NCBI RefSeq assembly: GCF_963921235.1
Contig: NC_086097.1
Coordinates: 12,648,001-12,712,000, forward strand
Origin: Mobula hypostoma
Lineage: Eukaryota
Length of the DNA: 64,000 bases
Reading direction: 5' to 3'
The position numbers were made by a program, and so were the translations under genes. Of this stretch, positions 37,388 through 49,302 are shown piece after piece. Each line of letters starts with the position of its first letter. The stretch's first letter is position 1. Below the pieces are notes generated by a model. The model was not told the origin of the DNA. It was given only the letters and a program-made list of their open reading frames with translations, and ran no database searches.

Positions 37388-37697
37388 ACATAGAAACATA
37401 GAAAATAGGTGCAGGAGTAGGCCATTCGGCCCTTCGAGCCTGCACCGCCATTTATTATGATCATGGCTGATCATCCAACTCAGAACCCTGCCACAGCCTT
37501 CCCTCCATACCCCCTGACCCCCGTAGCCACAAGGGCCATATCTAACTCCCTCTTAAACATAGCCAATGAACTGGCCTCAACAGTTTGCTGTGGCAGAGAA
37601 TTCCACAGATTCACCACTCTCTGTGTGAAGAAGTTTTTCCTAATCTCGATCCTAAAAGGCTTCCCCTCTATCCTCAAACTGTGACCCCTCGTTCTCG
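37388..37697 (-). mobile_element. Short 3' copy of the young CR1 family (copy B type)
   Basis: Nearly identical to 13806-14115. Confidence 0.92.
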
Positions 37698-37969
37698 TAC
37701 CTTGCACAGCACTCTACAACCAGGAATGGTTGGCAAAAAGACAGTCTTCATCAGTGACTTCTTATAACAGAGCAGATTTTTTGCCTACTGATGTGAAAGA
37801 GAAAGAGGTTTCAGACTGAAAGTCTGGGGAAACCACTGCCCAGTTTTGACTCAAGTATTCTGTTGAAAGTAATCCTGTGTATCATTGAAACGAATGAAAA
37901 TTAATGGACAGCCACTGCACAAAGTTAACATCCTCATTATAATGGAAAGGTGGAATAAGTGCAGAGAAT

Positions 37970-38800
37970 ACTAAAGATTCTGGAAATGCTGGAAATAGAG
38001 AGTAATATGTATAAAATGCTGGAAGAACTCAGCAAGTAAGCGGTGTCTCTGGAAAGGAATAAACAGATGATATTTCAGTCCAAATCCCTTCATCAGGACT
38101 GGAAAGCAAGGAGGAAAAAAAAACAGAATAAGAAGGTGGAGGAAGGGAAAGGAGTACAATCTAGGAAGTTTTAGGTGAAAAGTAAAGGGCAGGAGAAGAA
38201 GGAATCTGAAAGGAGATAAGAGTGGACCAAAAGATAAAGGGAGGGAGGAGGGGCACCAGGGCAGGTGAGGAAAAGAGACTAGGTAAAGATAGAGACGGAG
38301 TGGGGACTGGAAAATGAGGGAAGATGGAGGGGGAGAAAATACCACAAGTTGGAGAAGGTACAAGAACCTCAGGACTTGCACCATCAGATTCAAAAACAGT
38401 TCCTACCCCTCAACCATTAGGCACTTGAATAAAAGGAGATAACTACAGTCACTTGCCCCATCACTGACATGTTCGAACAGCCAATGAACTCACTGTAAGG
38501 ACTCTTTAACTCATGTTCTCGTTATTTATTACTATTTATTTATATTTATATTTACATTTGCACAGTTTGTTGTCTTCTGCACTCCAGTTAATCTTCCATT
38601 GATCTTGTTACAGTTAACATTCTATAGATTTGCCCACAAAAAAATGAATCTCAGGGTTGTACATGGTGACATATATGTATCTTGGTAATAAAACTTACTT
38701 TGAACTTTGAACATTGAAATTGGTGTTCATGCCATCGGGTTGGAGACTACCCAGACGGAATATCCTCCAACCTGAGAGTGGCCTCATTGTGGCAAGAGAG
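37970..38800 (-). mobile_element. Penelope pseudo-LTR and ORF end, split by a Rex1 3' end (38355-38712 +)
   Basis: CCCTTCATCAGGACTGG near 38085-38102; GTTCATGCCATCGGGTTGGAGACTACCCAGACGG near 38725. Confidence 0.65.
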
Positions 38801-39289
38801 GGAGGAGGAAATAAAAGAATGTTTTTGTCCTGTTTGGACAAAACTGTTGAAGCCATATGTAATTACTAAGGATTATGAATCCAAGATTGGGAGTAGTTCT
38901 AGTTACCACCACACTATGAAGAACGGACTGTAAAGGCTTTGGGGACGGTGCATTAGAAGATGTTGCCTCAATTGAAATATACAAACAGAGATTGAATAAA
39001 CTTGGTTTGCCAGCTTTGAGGCATCAGAAGCTGTGGATAGAAGATAGCCAAAACCCTTTTCCCAGGATGGATGTGTTACATGCTAGAAGCCATAGGTTGA
39101 AACTGAGAGGCGGAAAATTTAGAGGAGATTTCATTGGTAATTATACACATTGACTGGTAGGTGCTTGGAATGAGCTGACAGGAGGTCAGAGAAGCAGATA
39201 TGGTAACAATGTTTTCTCATAGTTTGGCCAAAGTAATATTTGCTGTAATCCTGCATTGGTTTTTGTAGACCACATTGGTCTTGATTAAT

Positions 39290-39775
39290 AACTATCCACA
39301 AGGATCCATGAACATTAGTTGGCTGTCAAGCGGCATGACCAACTCTCCCTAGTCTCTACCCATGAAGATCGAGAGGGACACAAATTTGTGGGCACTTGTG
39401 AAAGTCATGGTGCAAGCAAACACATGACGTGCAAGAGAATTCCCAGAAGTGTGGTTTTCCGTGAACAATTCTGTAAACAAACATGTAGACCATGAACCTA
39501 TTTGTTAGCCAATGCGGGCAAAATTCTAGACCACAACGCACAAAGTTCACCACACAGCCAACCAGCGATGAGATTTCCTCCCCACTTCACAATTGACTTT
39601 CTAAAATAATGTTGAATCTGCTGATTGATAAATATATAAAGACAAAGGCATTCCGAAGACATCACAATCAACGGCTCGCTGATGATGTCTCCTCGCAAAG
39701 TGATAAAGTGTTTGCAAGTAAATTGCCAAGGTCGGATGACAAAACCGAGCAATCAACGACCCAGACTACGCATCT
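39290..39775 (+). pseudogene. Second Penelope-like family: GIY-YIG C-terminal remnant and 3' region
   Basis: From 39301: RIHEH*LAVKRHDQLSLVSTHEDREGHKF/WALVKVMVQANT*RAREFPEVWFSVNNSVNKHVD; hammerhead-like CTGATGATGTC at 39679. Confidence 0.7.
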
Positions 39776-40021
39776 TCTGAATTACTTCCAGATAGATAGA
39801 TAAATAAATAAACAATTCTGAGAATGTGAGTTGCAGAGTCCTTGAAAGTGAGTCCGTGGGTAGGTAGATGGAACCGCTTCAACTGGCATCAAACAGAATA
39901 GACTGAAAGATTTGTTCAAGTGCTGAACCTTTCTGTGTTCTAAGTCATCGAGTGTGTAGAAGGAGCTGAGATATGGACAACCCTTCATCTAACCGACTAT
40001 GGAGTAGGGACAAAACATCAA

Positions 40022-41155
40022 CTCCCACATGGGAGGCTGATCAGAAAGGTTCAGTCGCTTGGCATACAGGTTGAGGTAATAAATTGGATTAGGCATTGGC
40101 TTTGTGGGAGAAACCAGAGTGGTTGTAGAAGATTACCTCTCTGACTGGAGGCCTGTGACTAGTGGTGTGCCACAGGGATCAGTGTTAAACCTTTTGCTGT
40201 TTGCCAACTATATCAATGATCTGGACGATAATGTGGTAACTGGATCAGCAAATGACGTCAAGATTGTGGGTGTAGTGGACAGTGAGGATGGCTATCATGG
40301 CTTGCAGAGGGATTTGCCTCAGCTGGAAAAATAGGTTGAAAAATGGCAGATGGAATTTAATTCAGATAAGTGGGAGGCTTTGCACTTCGGTAGGACCAAC
40401 CAGGCAGGTCTTACACAGTGAACGGTAGGGCACTGAGGAGTGTGGTAGAAAGAAGGGATCTGGGAATACAGGTCCATAATTCGTTGAAAGTGACATCACA
40501 GGTAGACAGGGTCGTAAAGAAAACTTTTGGCATATTGGCCTTTATAAATCAATATATTGAGTCCAGAAGATGGGATGTTATATTGAGACTGTATAGGACA
40601 TTGGTGAGGCCTAATTTGGAGTATTGTGTGCAGTTTTGGTCACCTACCTACAGGAAAGATGTAAACAAGGTTGAAAGAGTGCACAGAAAATTTACAAGGA
40701 TGTTGCCAGCACTGGAGGACCTGAGTTATAAGGAAAGATTGAATAGATTAGGATTGTATTCTTTAGAACATAGAGATTGAGAGGAGATTTGATAGATGTA
40801 TACAAAATGATGAGGGGTACGGATAGGGTTAATGCAAGCAGGCTTTTTCCACTGAGGTTTTGTGGGACTACAATCAGAAGTCATGGCTTAAGGGTGAAAG
40901 ATGAGAAGTTTAAGGGGAACATGAGAGGAAACTTCTCCATTCAGAGGGTCATGAGAGTGTGGAATGAGCTGCCAGCACAAGTGAGTCATGCGAGTTCGAT
41001 TTCAATGTGTAAAAGAAGTTTGGCTAAGTAAATGGATAGTAAGGATATGGATGCCTATGGTCCTGGTGAAGGTCGGTGTGAATAGGCAGTTTAAATTTTT
41101 TCAGTATCGACTAGATGGGCCAAAGGGCCTGTTTCTGTGCTGTACTTCTCTATGA
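40022..41155 (+). pseudogene. Frameshifted CR1 LINE RT and 3' end
   Basis: ORFs 40104-40334, 40418-40780, 40777-41031. Confidence 0.9.
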
Positions 41156-42119
41156 ATGTGACTCTATTCTTGACCTTCTGCAAAGCAAAGTTTAGTATGG
41201 GGCAGAAACATGTTCTTGCCTACTCGTGATGAACATATGCTCCTTCTGAAACCCATCTCCCTTGGCTTCAACTGAACCAAGTTTCAAAAGCAGAGCAGAG
41301 CATTCACTATCATAACCAGTGTTCAGCACAACTATCCGAAGATGAATACCTACACTGACGTAAATGCATGCTGACTTCTCCTTCACAGAATGTGACCATC
41401 ACTGGTATAGCTAGGATTTCTTTGCTCATCGTTCACTGTTTTTTCAATATACTGTATGCCTTGCTTGGCCATTTCATAGAGTCAGATATTATTATGTATT
41501 GCATTGTACTGCTGCCACAAAGGCAAAACTTTTCACGACATATGTCGGTGATATTAAAACTAATTCTGATCTCCTGCTTGTATCTTCCACCAAAATCACC
41601 AAGGGTATTAATGAACCAGTTAAGCTTTTACCGTAATCCAGTAATACTAATGTTGTCTTTTTTTATTTCAAATTATTTAATTTAAACTGTTTAACTGCTT
41701 GCGTGGAAAATAAACTCCAATCTCTAGATCATTAGTTCACCCTCTGGATTACTGGTCCAGTAACATAAATATTATGCTTCTGTATCTATTGCATAAATCT
41801 AAGTTTCATGCATTTAATTTTATTTTGAGCCTAATGTTTTCTGTGTAGTTTCAGATGTGAAAAAAAAATTAATTACAACTCTATTGATGGGTAGATAGGA
41901 GTAACAATTATCATTATCGAAGATCTGAATTAAATGCAAGCTAATGGCAGATTTTCTGCCTTAAGCTCATATTTTTCCCAATACCCAGATGCTCTGATTT
42001 GCCTGGGTTTTAAAAATCTTTCAGATATAAACATTCTCATCAGACACGTCTGCCTACCATGTCCATGCCAACCATTAAATATCTATCTATACTAATCCTA
42101 TTTACCAACTCAATTGTTC

Positions 42120-42800
42120 GATATAATTCATGTTGTATGACATGGGTAACAATGGTCTTCTCATGACCGTGATTTCTCACTTACTGTCCGTTATGCCTGC
42201 TGGCGTTTAGGGCAGCAATGAAGGTCCTTCATCTCTGTCTGTCCTGAGCCACACAGATGTAGAAGGATCCTTCATTGCTGTTACCATAACAATTTTGTTT
42301 TTACCAGTCAGGTTCGTTAGCCCTGAGCTAAACCTCTGAATTAGGAGTATCGGTGAACCACTCTGAGTCTGACCTCTGCACCTTGACCTGCTTGACCAAG
42401 AGCTGAAGCATAAAGCCCTCGCTCCAGCCAGCATACCTCTCCAGTTCATTGAGGCACAAAAGCCTCCAAACCTCAACAAGGTTGTGCTTCTCTTGAAGGA
42501 TGACCATGATTGTTCATGGCAAATTTTTCTATAGAAGTAGTTTCCCATTTGCCTTCTTCCGAGCAGTGTGCTTACAAGATGGGTGACTCCAGCCATTATC
42601 AATACTTTTCAGGGATTGTCTGCCTGGCGTCAGTGGTCACATAACCAAGATTTGTGATACAACCATCCACCATGGCTTTACATGACCATGATCGGGAGGT
42701 TAAGCAGGTGTTACACCTTGCCCAAGGGGGTTCAGCAGGCTAGCAGAGGGAAGGAATGCATTACACCCCCCTTGGTAGAGACATATCTCTACCCTACCAC
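42120..42800 (-). mobile_element. RTE-related non-autonomous element, family C, split by a family A copy
   Basis: Minus strand GAAGAAGGCAAATGGGAAACTACTTC resembles the RTE/Bov-A core; 5' hairpin GGTAGAGA-TATG-TCTCTACC. Confidence 0.5.
42178..42499 (-). mobile_element. Non-autonomous RTE-like element, family A
   Basis: Homology; TSD ATGACC(G/A)TGATT. Confidence 0.65.
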
Positions 42801-43369
42801 TAATTTACCAATGGAAGGAGATATTGTGTATACGAAAGAGATTAGTTTAGTTGGCCATTTGATTATAATTTAATTGGTTCAGCACAACTTTGTGGGCCGA
42901 AGGGCCTGTTCCTGTGCTGTACTGTTCTATGTTCTATATTCTGAAGTTATTTCTACCCATTCACGCTTATACAGCCATGGGAATTAACCACTTAGCATCT
43001 ACCTTATTAAATCCTTTCGGCATCCTTTATATTTCAATGAGATTGCCTCTCACTCTTCCAAGCTCCAGGACTGGAAACCCATTCTGCTAAATATTTTTCC
43101 CACTGGACAACCCTTTAATCTCTGGAATCAATCAAGAAAATCTCTGTTGAACTGCCTCCAAGGCGAGTATATCTTTACTGCTATAAGTAGACAAAAAAAC
43201 AATATATGAACCTCCAGCTGAGAATTGTGTGAAAACCAACAGAGGAAAAGAATGAAAGACATTGGTGCAAAGAGAAACCCTGCTGAATTGTTAAAAAAAA
43301 AAGTGTAGGATATAGGGACAAAGGGAAGGTGAAAAGGTTGAGGTCCTGGAAAGCATTAAGAGAAAGGTC

Positions 43370-43990
43370 CAATACATACAGAATGCTGGAGGACGTCACC
43401 AGGTTCGGCAGCATTTATAGAGGGAAACAAACTGTTGATATTTTGGGCAAAACCCTCAATCGGTTCTGGAAAGGAAGGGAGCTGAAGCTAGGATAAAAAG
43501 CGGGGGGTGGGGAGGAGTATAAGATGGCAGGCAATAAGGTGAGAGGGAAGTAGGTGGCATGAAAGGGAATGGTGTGATAAGCCAGGAAGTGATAGGTGGG
43601 AGAGGTAAAGGGCCTAAGACTAAATCTGGCAGGAGAGAACAGTACACCATGGAATAAAGAGAAGGAGGTGAGGAAACAGAAGAAGGTGATGGACAGATCA
43701 TGAGGGCAGGGCAGCTGGAGAGGTGAGAGTGCCATCAGAATGAGGGAGAACAAATTGCGCGGGGGCAGAAGGGAGTGGTTACTAGAAGTTAAAGAAATTG
43801 ATGCCCATGCCACCAAGTTAGAGACTATCCAGATGGAGTATGAGGTGTAGATCCTTCAGCCCGTGTCTGGCCTCATTGTGGCAGTAGAGGAGGGCATGGA
43901 CAGACATATTGGTGTGGGAATGGGAAATGGAATTGAAATGGTTGGCCACTGGGAGATCCTGTCTGCTGGGATGGAAGGTGCTCGACAAGG
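43370..43990 (-). mobile_element. Degraded Penelope 3' end
   Basis: Purine-rich pseudo-LTR and GIY-YIG-end motifs as in 61235-62295. Confidence 0.6.
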
Positions 43991-44177
43991 ACAGTCAATA
44001 TAGAGAGCTAGACATGCAAGAGACTGCAGACGGTGGAACCAGGACTCACAAACAATTTGCTGGTCAATGTTTAGGGTGAAAACCCAACATCGGGACTAGA
44101 AGTTTGTTTTTTCATATACTGGCATAAGCAATTGGGCAAGTAATCTGTTGATTCCACAGCCTCCTTTTAATGAATAT

Positions 44178-44570
44178 AAAATGCTGGAGGAATTCAGCAG
44201 GTCACATCACATCTGTGGAAAGGAATAAAGTGTCGACATTTCGAGACCCTTCATCAGGATTGGAAAGAAGGTAAGATTTAAACTTCTTCAAATAATTCTC
44301 TCATTGACGAGAGTTCAGTGAGACCTTTTTTCGCTACTCTCCTCTGTTATCTCTTTGACCATGTGCTCACCTATCACTTTCTAACTTGCATTCCTTCCCC
44401 CTCCACCACCTTCTCATTCTGCCTTCTTCCCACTTCCTTTTCAGTCCTGATGAAGGGTGTCGACATGTTGAGTCTTTACTCCTTTCTGTTGATGCTGCCT
44501 GACAAAGCTGAGTTCCACATGCATTGTACGTATTTTACTCTGGGTTTTCACCATCTGCTGAATCTCTTAT
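44178..44570. mobile_element. Inverted pair of Penelope pseudo-LTR ends
   Basis: CCCTTCATCAGGA near 44247 (-) and CAGTCCTGATGAAGGG near 44442 (+). Confidence 0.6.
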
Positions 44571-45034
44571 ATTATGTCATTGTTAGTAGTATGAACAGTG
44601 GATATCCTTTCAGTGTCACATTATTGAGTTTGCTTAATTAGTCAGATGAAACAAAGCAATAAAGCTGATAATACCTTAGACTTCAAAGGAATCTATGATC
44701 CTCCGCAAGAAAAATCCTTTAGTAACAGGACTGCTCTGAAAATAGGCTGGTTCATTAATAAATTACCAGGTCTATATGGAAGACCCATGCATTTTAATAT
44801 CGATTTTTATCAGTAATGAGGAGCTACACAAAAATAAATTAATTCATGAAAATTTCGTTTAAATGAAGTAAGCAACTACTTTTTCATTTATATAAGGAAA
44901 ATCTTCAGTAATGTTGCATGTGGCTTAAGTGGTCACATAATATTCAAGAAATTATTTTCTATAATGTTTTTCTAAGACTCGAGTTGTGTAACAGTCAAAT
45001 GAAAATAAATAGCTGAGCAATCAGTGGTTTACAT

Positions 45035-46100
45035 TACGTCACCAGAGGCTCTTGCAAATTTCTACAGATGTGCTGTGGAGAGTATTATGACTGGTTGCAT
45101 CACCATTAGGTATGGAGGGGATTGAAAAAAGCTGCAGAAACTTGCAAAGTCAGCCAGTTCCAACATGGGCACTATCCTCCCAAACGTCAAGGACATCTTC
45201 AAAGGGTGATGTCTCAAGAAGGTGACATCAATAACGACCCCCCATCACCCAGGACATGCCCTTTTCTCAATACTACCATCAAGGTGAAAGTACAGGAGCA
45301 AGAAGACAGAGATTCAAAGTTTTGGAAGCAGCTTGTTCACCTCCACCATCAGATTTCTGAATGGACAATGAACCCATGTATACTATCTCGCTATTCATTT
45401 CCCCCCTCTCTTTTACACTACATATTTAATTTATGTATGTATATATATATATGCTGGTTGTCATGTCTGAAGATGACAGGAAACCTATAGTGGAGAGTTT
45501 TTAAAGTGGAAAAGCCATTGCGATAGGATAGTTCCACTCTCTCAGTCTCGAACGTCTGGGTCCAGTGGTACGAACAAAGGCCACAAACTGGGGTCTTCCT
45601 TGGTTGCAGTGGATGACTATGAGGTCTTCTGTGCCATGTCGTGCCCTTCGCTCTCCATAGAGCACCGTCGATCTCATCCGTCCAGTCTGCTGGAGCTGAC
45701 TTTACATGCCAGGGCAGGCATGTCCCCTATCTCGCCAGTGGACGAGGCTGCCAGCTACACTCTCCTGGTTTAGCCTGCTTGTCGAAGCGGTGTACCAGGG
45801 TGTGGCCGCTGTCATGAAAACAACTGCTTGGAGCCATATGTGAGAGCTGAGTGTCCAGTGGGGACCAAAGATGAGTGAACTGCCCTGGAATGGTCATGAC
45901 AAGGCCCTTCGCCAGAGCTGCTAGCCCTCCCCGGACGCACCATACACCCCATATATACTCTACACTGTAATTTGATATATAACTATATTATAATATATGT
46001 CTTGTTATAATTTGTAGAGTTTATTATTATACATTGCAATGTACTACTGCTGACAAATTTCACGATATATGCCAATGATACTAAACATGATTCGGATTCC
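45035..46100 (+). mobile_element. Rex1/Babar 3' part, interrupted
   Basis: LANFYRCAVESIMTGCIT at ~45050; tail ends near 46100. Confidence 0.6.
45450..45951 (-). mobile_element. RTE-related non-autonomous element, family D, inserted in a (TA)n tract
   Basis: GC-richer block flanked by ATATATA on both sides; RTE-like CATCCACTGCAACCAAGGAAGAC on minus strand. Confidence 0.4.
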
Positions 46101-46859
46101 AACATGATGCAGTGTCATAGATCAGATCTGATTGTTACGGTTATTGCAGCATGAACATAGGCACCTCAGTGAGTCAAATCCACACTAACTTTCCATTGAA
46201 TTGACGCTGGGTCACCAGATCCAGATCCATGACATAGCAGCTCTCCCGGCTGCACCACTGTGTTACCCCGTGGTAATACTACAGGAACTGCTTAGAAACT
46301 TGAGTAGGAGATCCAGGGTGAAGTTGGTACTTCACCAAGGAAATTTTTATTGCCACTGTTTGGATCATATGTTAGATCAAGGTTTTCTAAAGTGGATATT
46401 AACGGACGATGTTCTGATCAGTGATTACTTCTCAACCATCGTACTAAAATTGATTAGCACTAATATGGATGAGCTAGCATTAACTGAATTTCTGTTTACT
46501 GAATTTCCAACGTCACGAAAGTAAGTACATCTCAGCAAGTACTTTAATATATGGAAGGCTCTTTGGGATGAGGTCAAGAAAATCACAATGTGAATAAAAT
46601 TCTTCTCTCTTCTTTAAGACATGAGTTTCAATGTAACTGATGCAAATTACATATCAATAAAAGTCTGAGCTGCAGTAATGACCAGTCAGACTTTTTAGTG
46701 TCACTACTGATCATTTCAGATTGCATCAGCTACATTTGCATTATATTCCTGAAATGGATGTTTCTTCTTGGTTTTTTGACTGATTATTGGTTTTGTAATT
46801 ATAGAAGTTGAATAGTTTATAAAATTAGATCTAGTGGATAGCCTAAGACTTTTTTCGTG

Positions 46860-47765
46860 GGTGGAAAGGGCTGGCACAGCCTCAGAATGGAGGGACGCCA
46901 TTTTAGAATGGATATGAGGAGGAATTTCTTTACACCACAGAATGGTGAATCTGTGGAATTTGTTGGCACAGGCGGCTGTGGCAACAAATTGGTATGTTTA
47001 AGGTGGTGGTTGATGGATTCTTGATTAGTTAGGGCATGAAGGGATACAGAGAGATGGCAGGAGACTGGGGCTGAGAGGAAAAATGGATCAGCCATGATGA
47101 AATGGCGGAGCAGACTCAATGGGCCAAATGGCCTAATTCTACTCCCATATCTTATGTTCTTATGGTCTTATTGATATGAGAGGACATAATTTTAAGGTAT
47201 GGGGTTGATGTTGGAGTTAATTTCTTCATACAGAGACTGGTGGATGAGTGGAATGCCCTGCCAAGGATGGTGGTAGAGGTGATTACATTAGGGACATTTA
47301 AGAAACTCCCAGGCACATCGATGATAGAAAATGGGAGGACAGTGTAAGAGGGAAGGGCTAGATTGATCACAGAATAGATTGAAAGGTCAGTGCAACATTA
47401 TTGGCCAAAGAACCTGACATGACAGAAGTTTATAAAATTATGAGGGGGCATAGATAGACAACCAGTATCTTTTTCCCATGGATGAAATATCTAATATTAG
47501 AGGGCATGTATTTCTGGTGAGAGGGGGGAAAATTCAGAGATACACATGACAGCTTGTTTTCTCACACAGAGTGGTGGGTGCTTGGAATGTACTGCCAGGG
47601 TGATGGTGGGGCAGGTAAAATAGGGGTATTTAAAGGCAAATGGATATACAGAGAATGAAGATATATGGACCATATGCTGGCAGAAGAGATTAAGTGTCAT
47701 TAGCTTATTATTTGGTGTAACTTCACAGGCCGAAATGCCTGTTCCTGTGCAGTACTGTTCCATAT
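46860..47765 (+). mobile_element. Three tandem CR1 3' fragments
   Basis: Repeated R(G)H.L....F...NFF.QRVV..WN motifs, each with a GGCC.AA.GGCCT-type tail. Confidence 0.65.
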
Positions 47766-48329
47766 GTGTTATCTTAAATCAGGAATTAGTTCCGAGTCAG
47801 AATGATGTAAAAAGGGGTCGACTATAGTGTTGTCGAGGAACAGTTGTCTGGAATCTTCATTTTCTCCAGCACATGGTGAGTAAGAATGAAGAAACTTTTA
47901 TGCTTTCTTCATTCTCATTGCACTTTAAAATTTTTGCCTGCTGCAATTCCTTTTTTAAAACAGCTGTGTTAAATTTTATTGGCTCCGGTCTCCATTGTGC
48001 AGGAAGCATTTTCACAATATTGGCGTTTGACCATCTGGAACGTGGAAAATTCATTAGGTGATTCAATACTCTGAGTAAAAACGTTAGTTTTTTGCTAAAT
48101 AAATATTCCTATACTTCCCCTTTAATTCCTACACACCTTTTCTGACAAATACCAGGAGGCCCGTAAAAGGCTTTGTGAGTGCTAGAATTCCAATGAGTTT
48201 ATAAATTCTGGAATCTTTTTCCATTTCTCCTTGAATGTTAAACTTTTCCCAAAATACTAGTTAATGCCAGCAAGTTTCCAAAGGCAGAAGTTTGTGCTGT
48301 GATCCTCCTATTCACAGAGTGATAGAGTG

Positions 48330-48900
48330 ATGTTAGGCCTCTGTCACTCGAGGTCGACCAAGATGCTATATCCCAGCTGTCTAGATATGCAAGCCTGGGC
48401 AGTACAATATGGAGAGAAAGCTCTTTCCCATGTAGCAATTACCACCTCTCCACGCATCTAATGAACTCAAAGGAATGGCAGAGACCGATACAGTTGGCAC
48501 CAGCAGCGTTGCAGGAGTTGCCAGTCAGCACTGAACTCAAGGTAGGACTACCTGAAAAACACCAGCTCGGGATTTTTCCCTTGAGGTTTACTCCTGAAGT
48601 ATTCCCCATGAGTTGCTATTGCCACAAAGCAGCATAGGTTTGAGATCAGAGTTTTCTCCTCTTAGATAAACTGCCAAGCATGGTTGACAAGTCCCATCTG
48701 CCCGATGCAGTTGGTTTTAAGGCTGCCTTTGCCCCTTCTCCTATCAGTAGAAACAGTTCTGCTGGGCTTAGTAGCTAAGCCATGCATGAAGGCAAGGAGC
48801 TGGACTTAGCTGTCAGAGCCTATTTGAGGCACAAACCATTGGGCGCATTTAATAGGTAGTTGAAGCTTATCCCCATTACCAACCCCGGCTGCAACAATCT
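48330..48900 (-). mobile_element. Non-autonomous RTE-like element, family B
   Basis: Reverse homology to 6256-6797. Confidence 0.6.
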
Positions 48901-49073
48901 TAATAAACACATTCATAGAGTGATACAGCTTGGTAAGAAAATACATTGGGCCCAAACATTTCACTCAATCATCTACACCAGCCCTATACTAATCCCATTT
49001 GCTTTGAAATTCTCCCTACATTTTTATCAAACCTTTCAGAGTTTATTACTCACAAACACACTGTGGTAAACCA

Positions 49074-49302
49074 TGTATATAGGTTGTAACTGGGTTACCT
49101 GTCTGGACGTGCCTGGACATGCCCCTCTGCTGACTGCTCCTGTGGCTCCTCCCACGGACCCCTGAATAAAGGCCATTGTGTCACTGCCCCTCCCTCAGTC
49201 CAGGACAGATACTCAGCATGGACGTTGGTCCATTTACTGTTAATAAAAGCCTTTCAGTATTTACTCTACTTCCAGTCTTTTGGAGTAATTGATAGTGCAT
49301 CA
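49074..49302 (+). mobile_element. Probable solo LTR
   Basis: TG start, AATAAA signals, ends AATTGATAGTGCATCA; TSD unclear. Confidence 0.5.

Noticed and set aside
45764..45810. HDV-like ribozyme in RTE family D (minus strand AGCGG/CCGCT and CCTGGT/CTAA-ACCAGG pseudoknot)
   Set aside because: No room for P3/L3 and P1.1; only two helices, seen in a single copy
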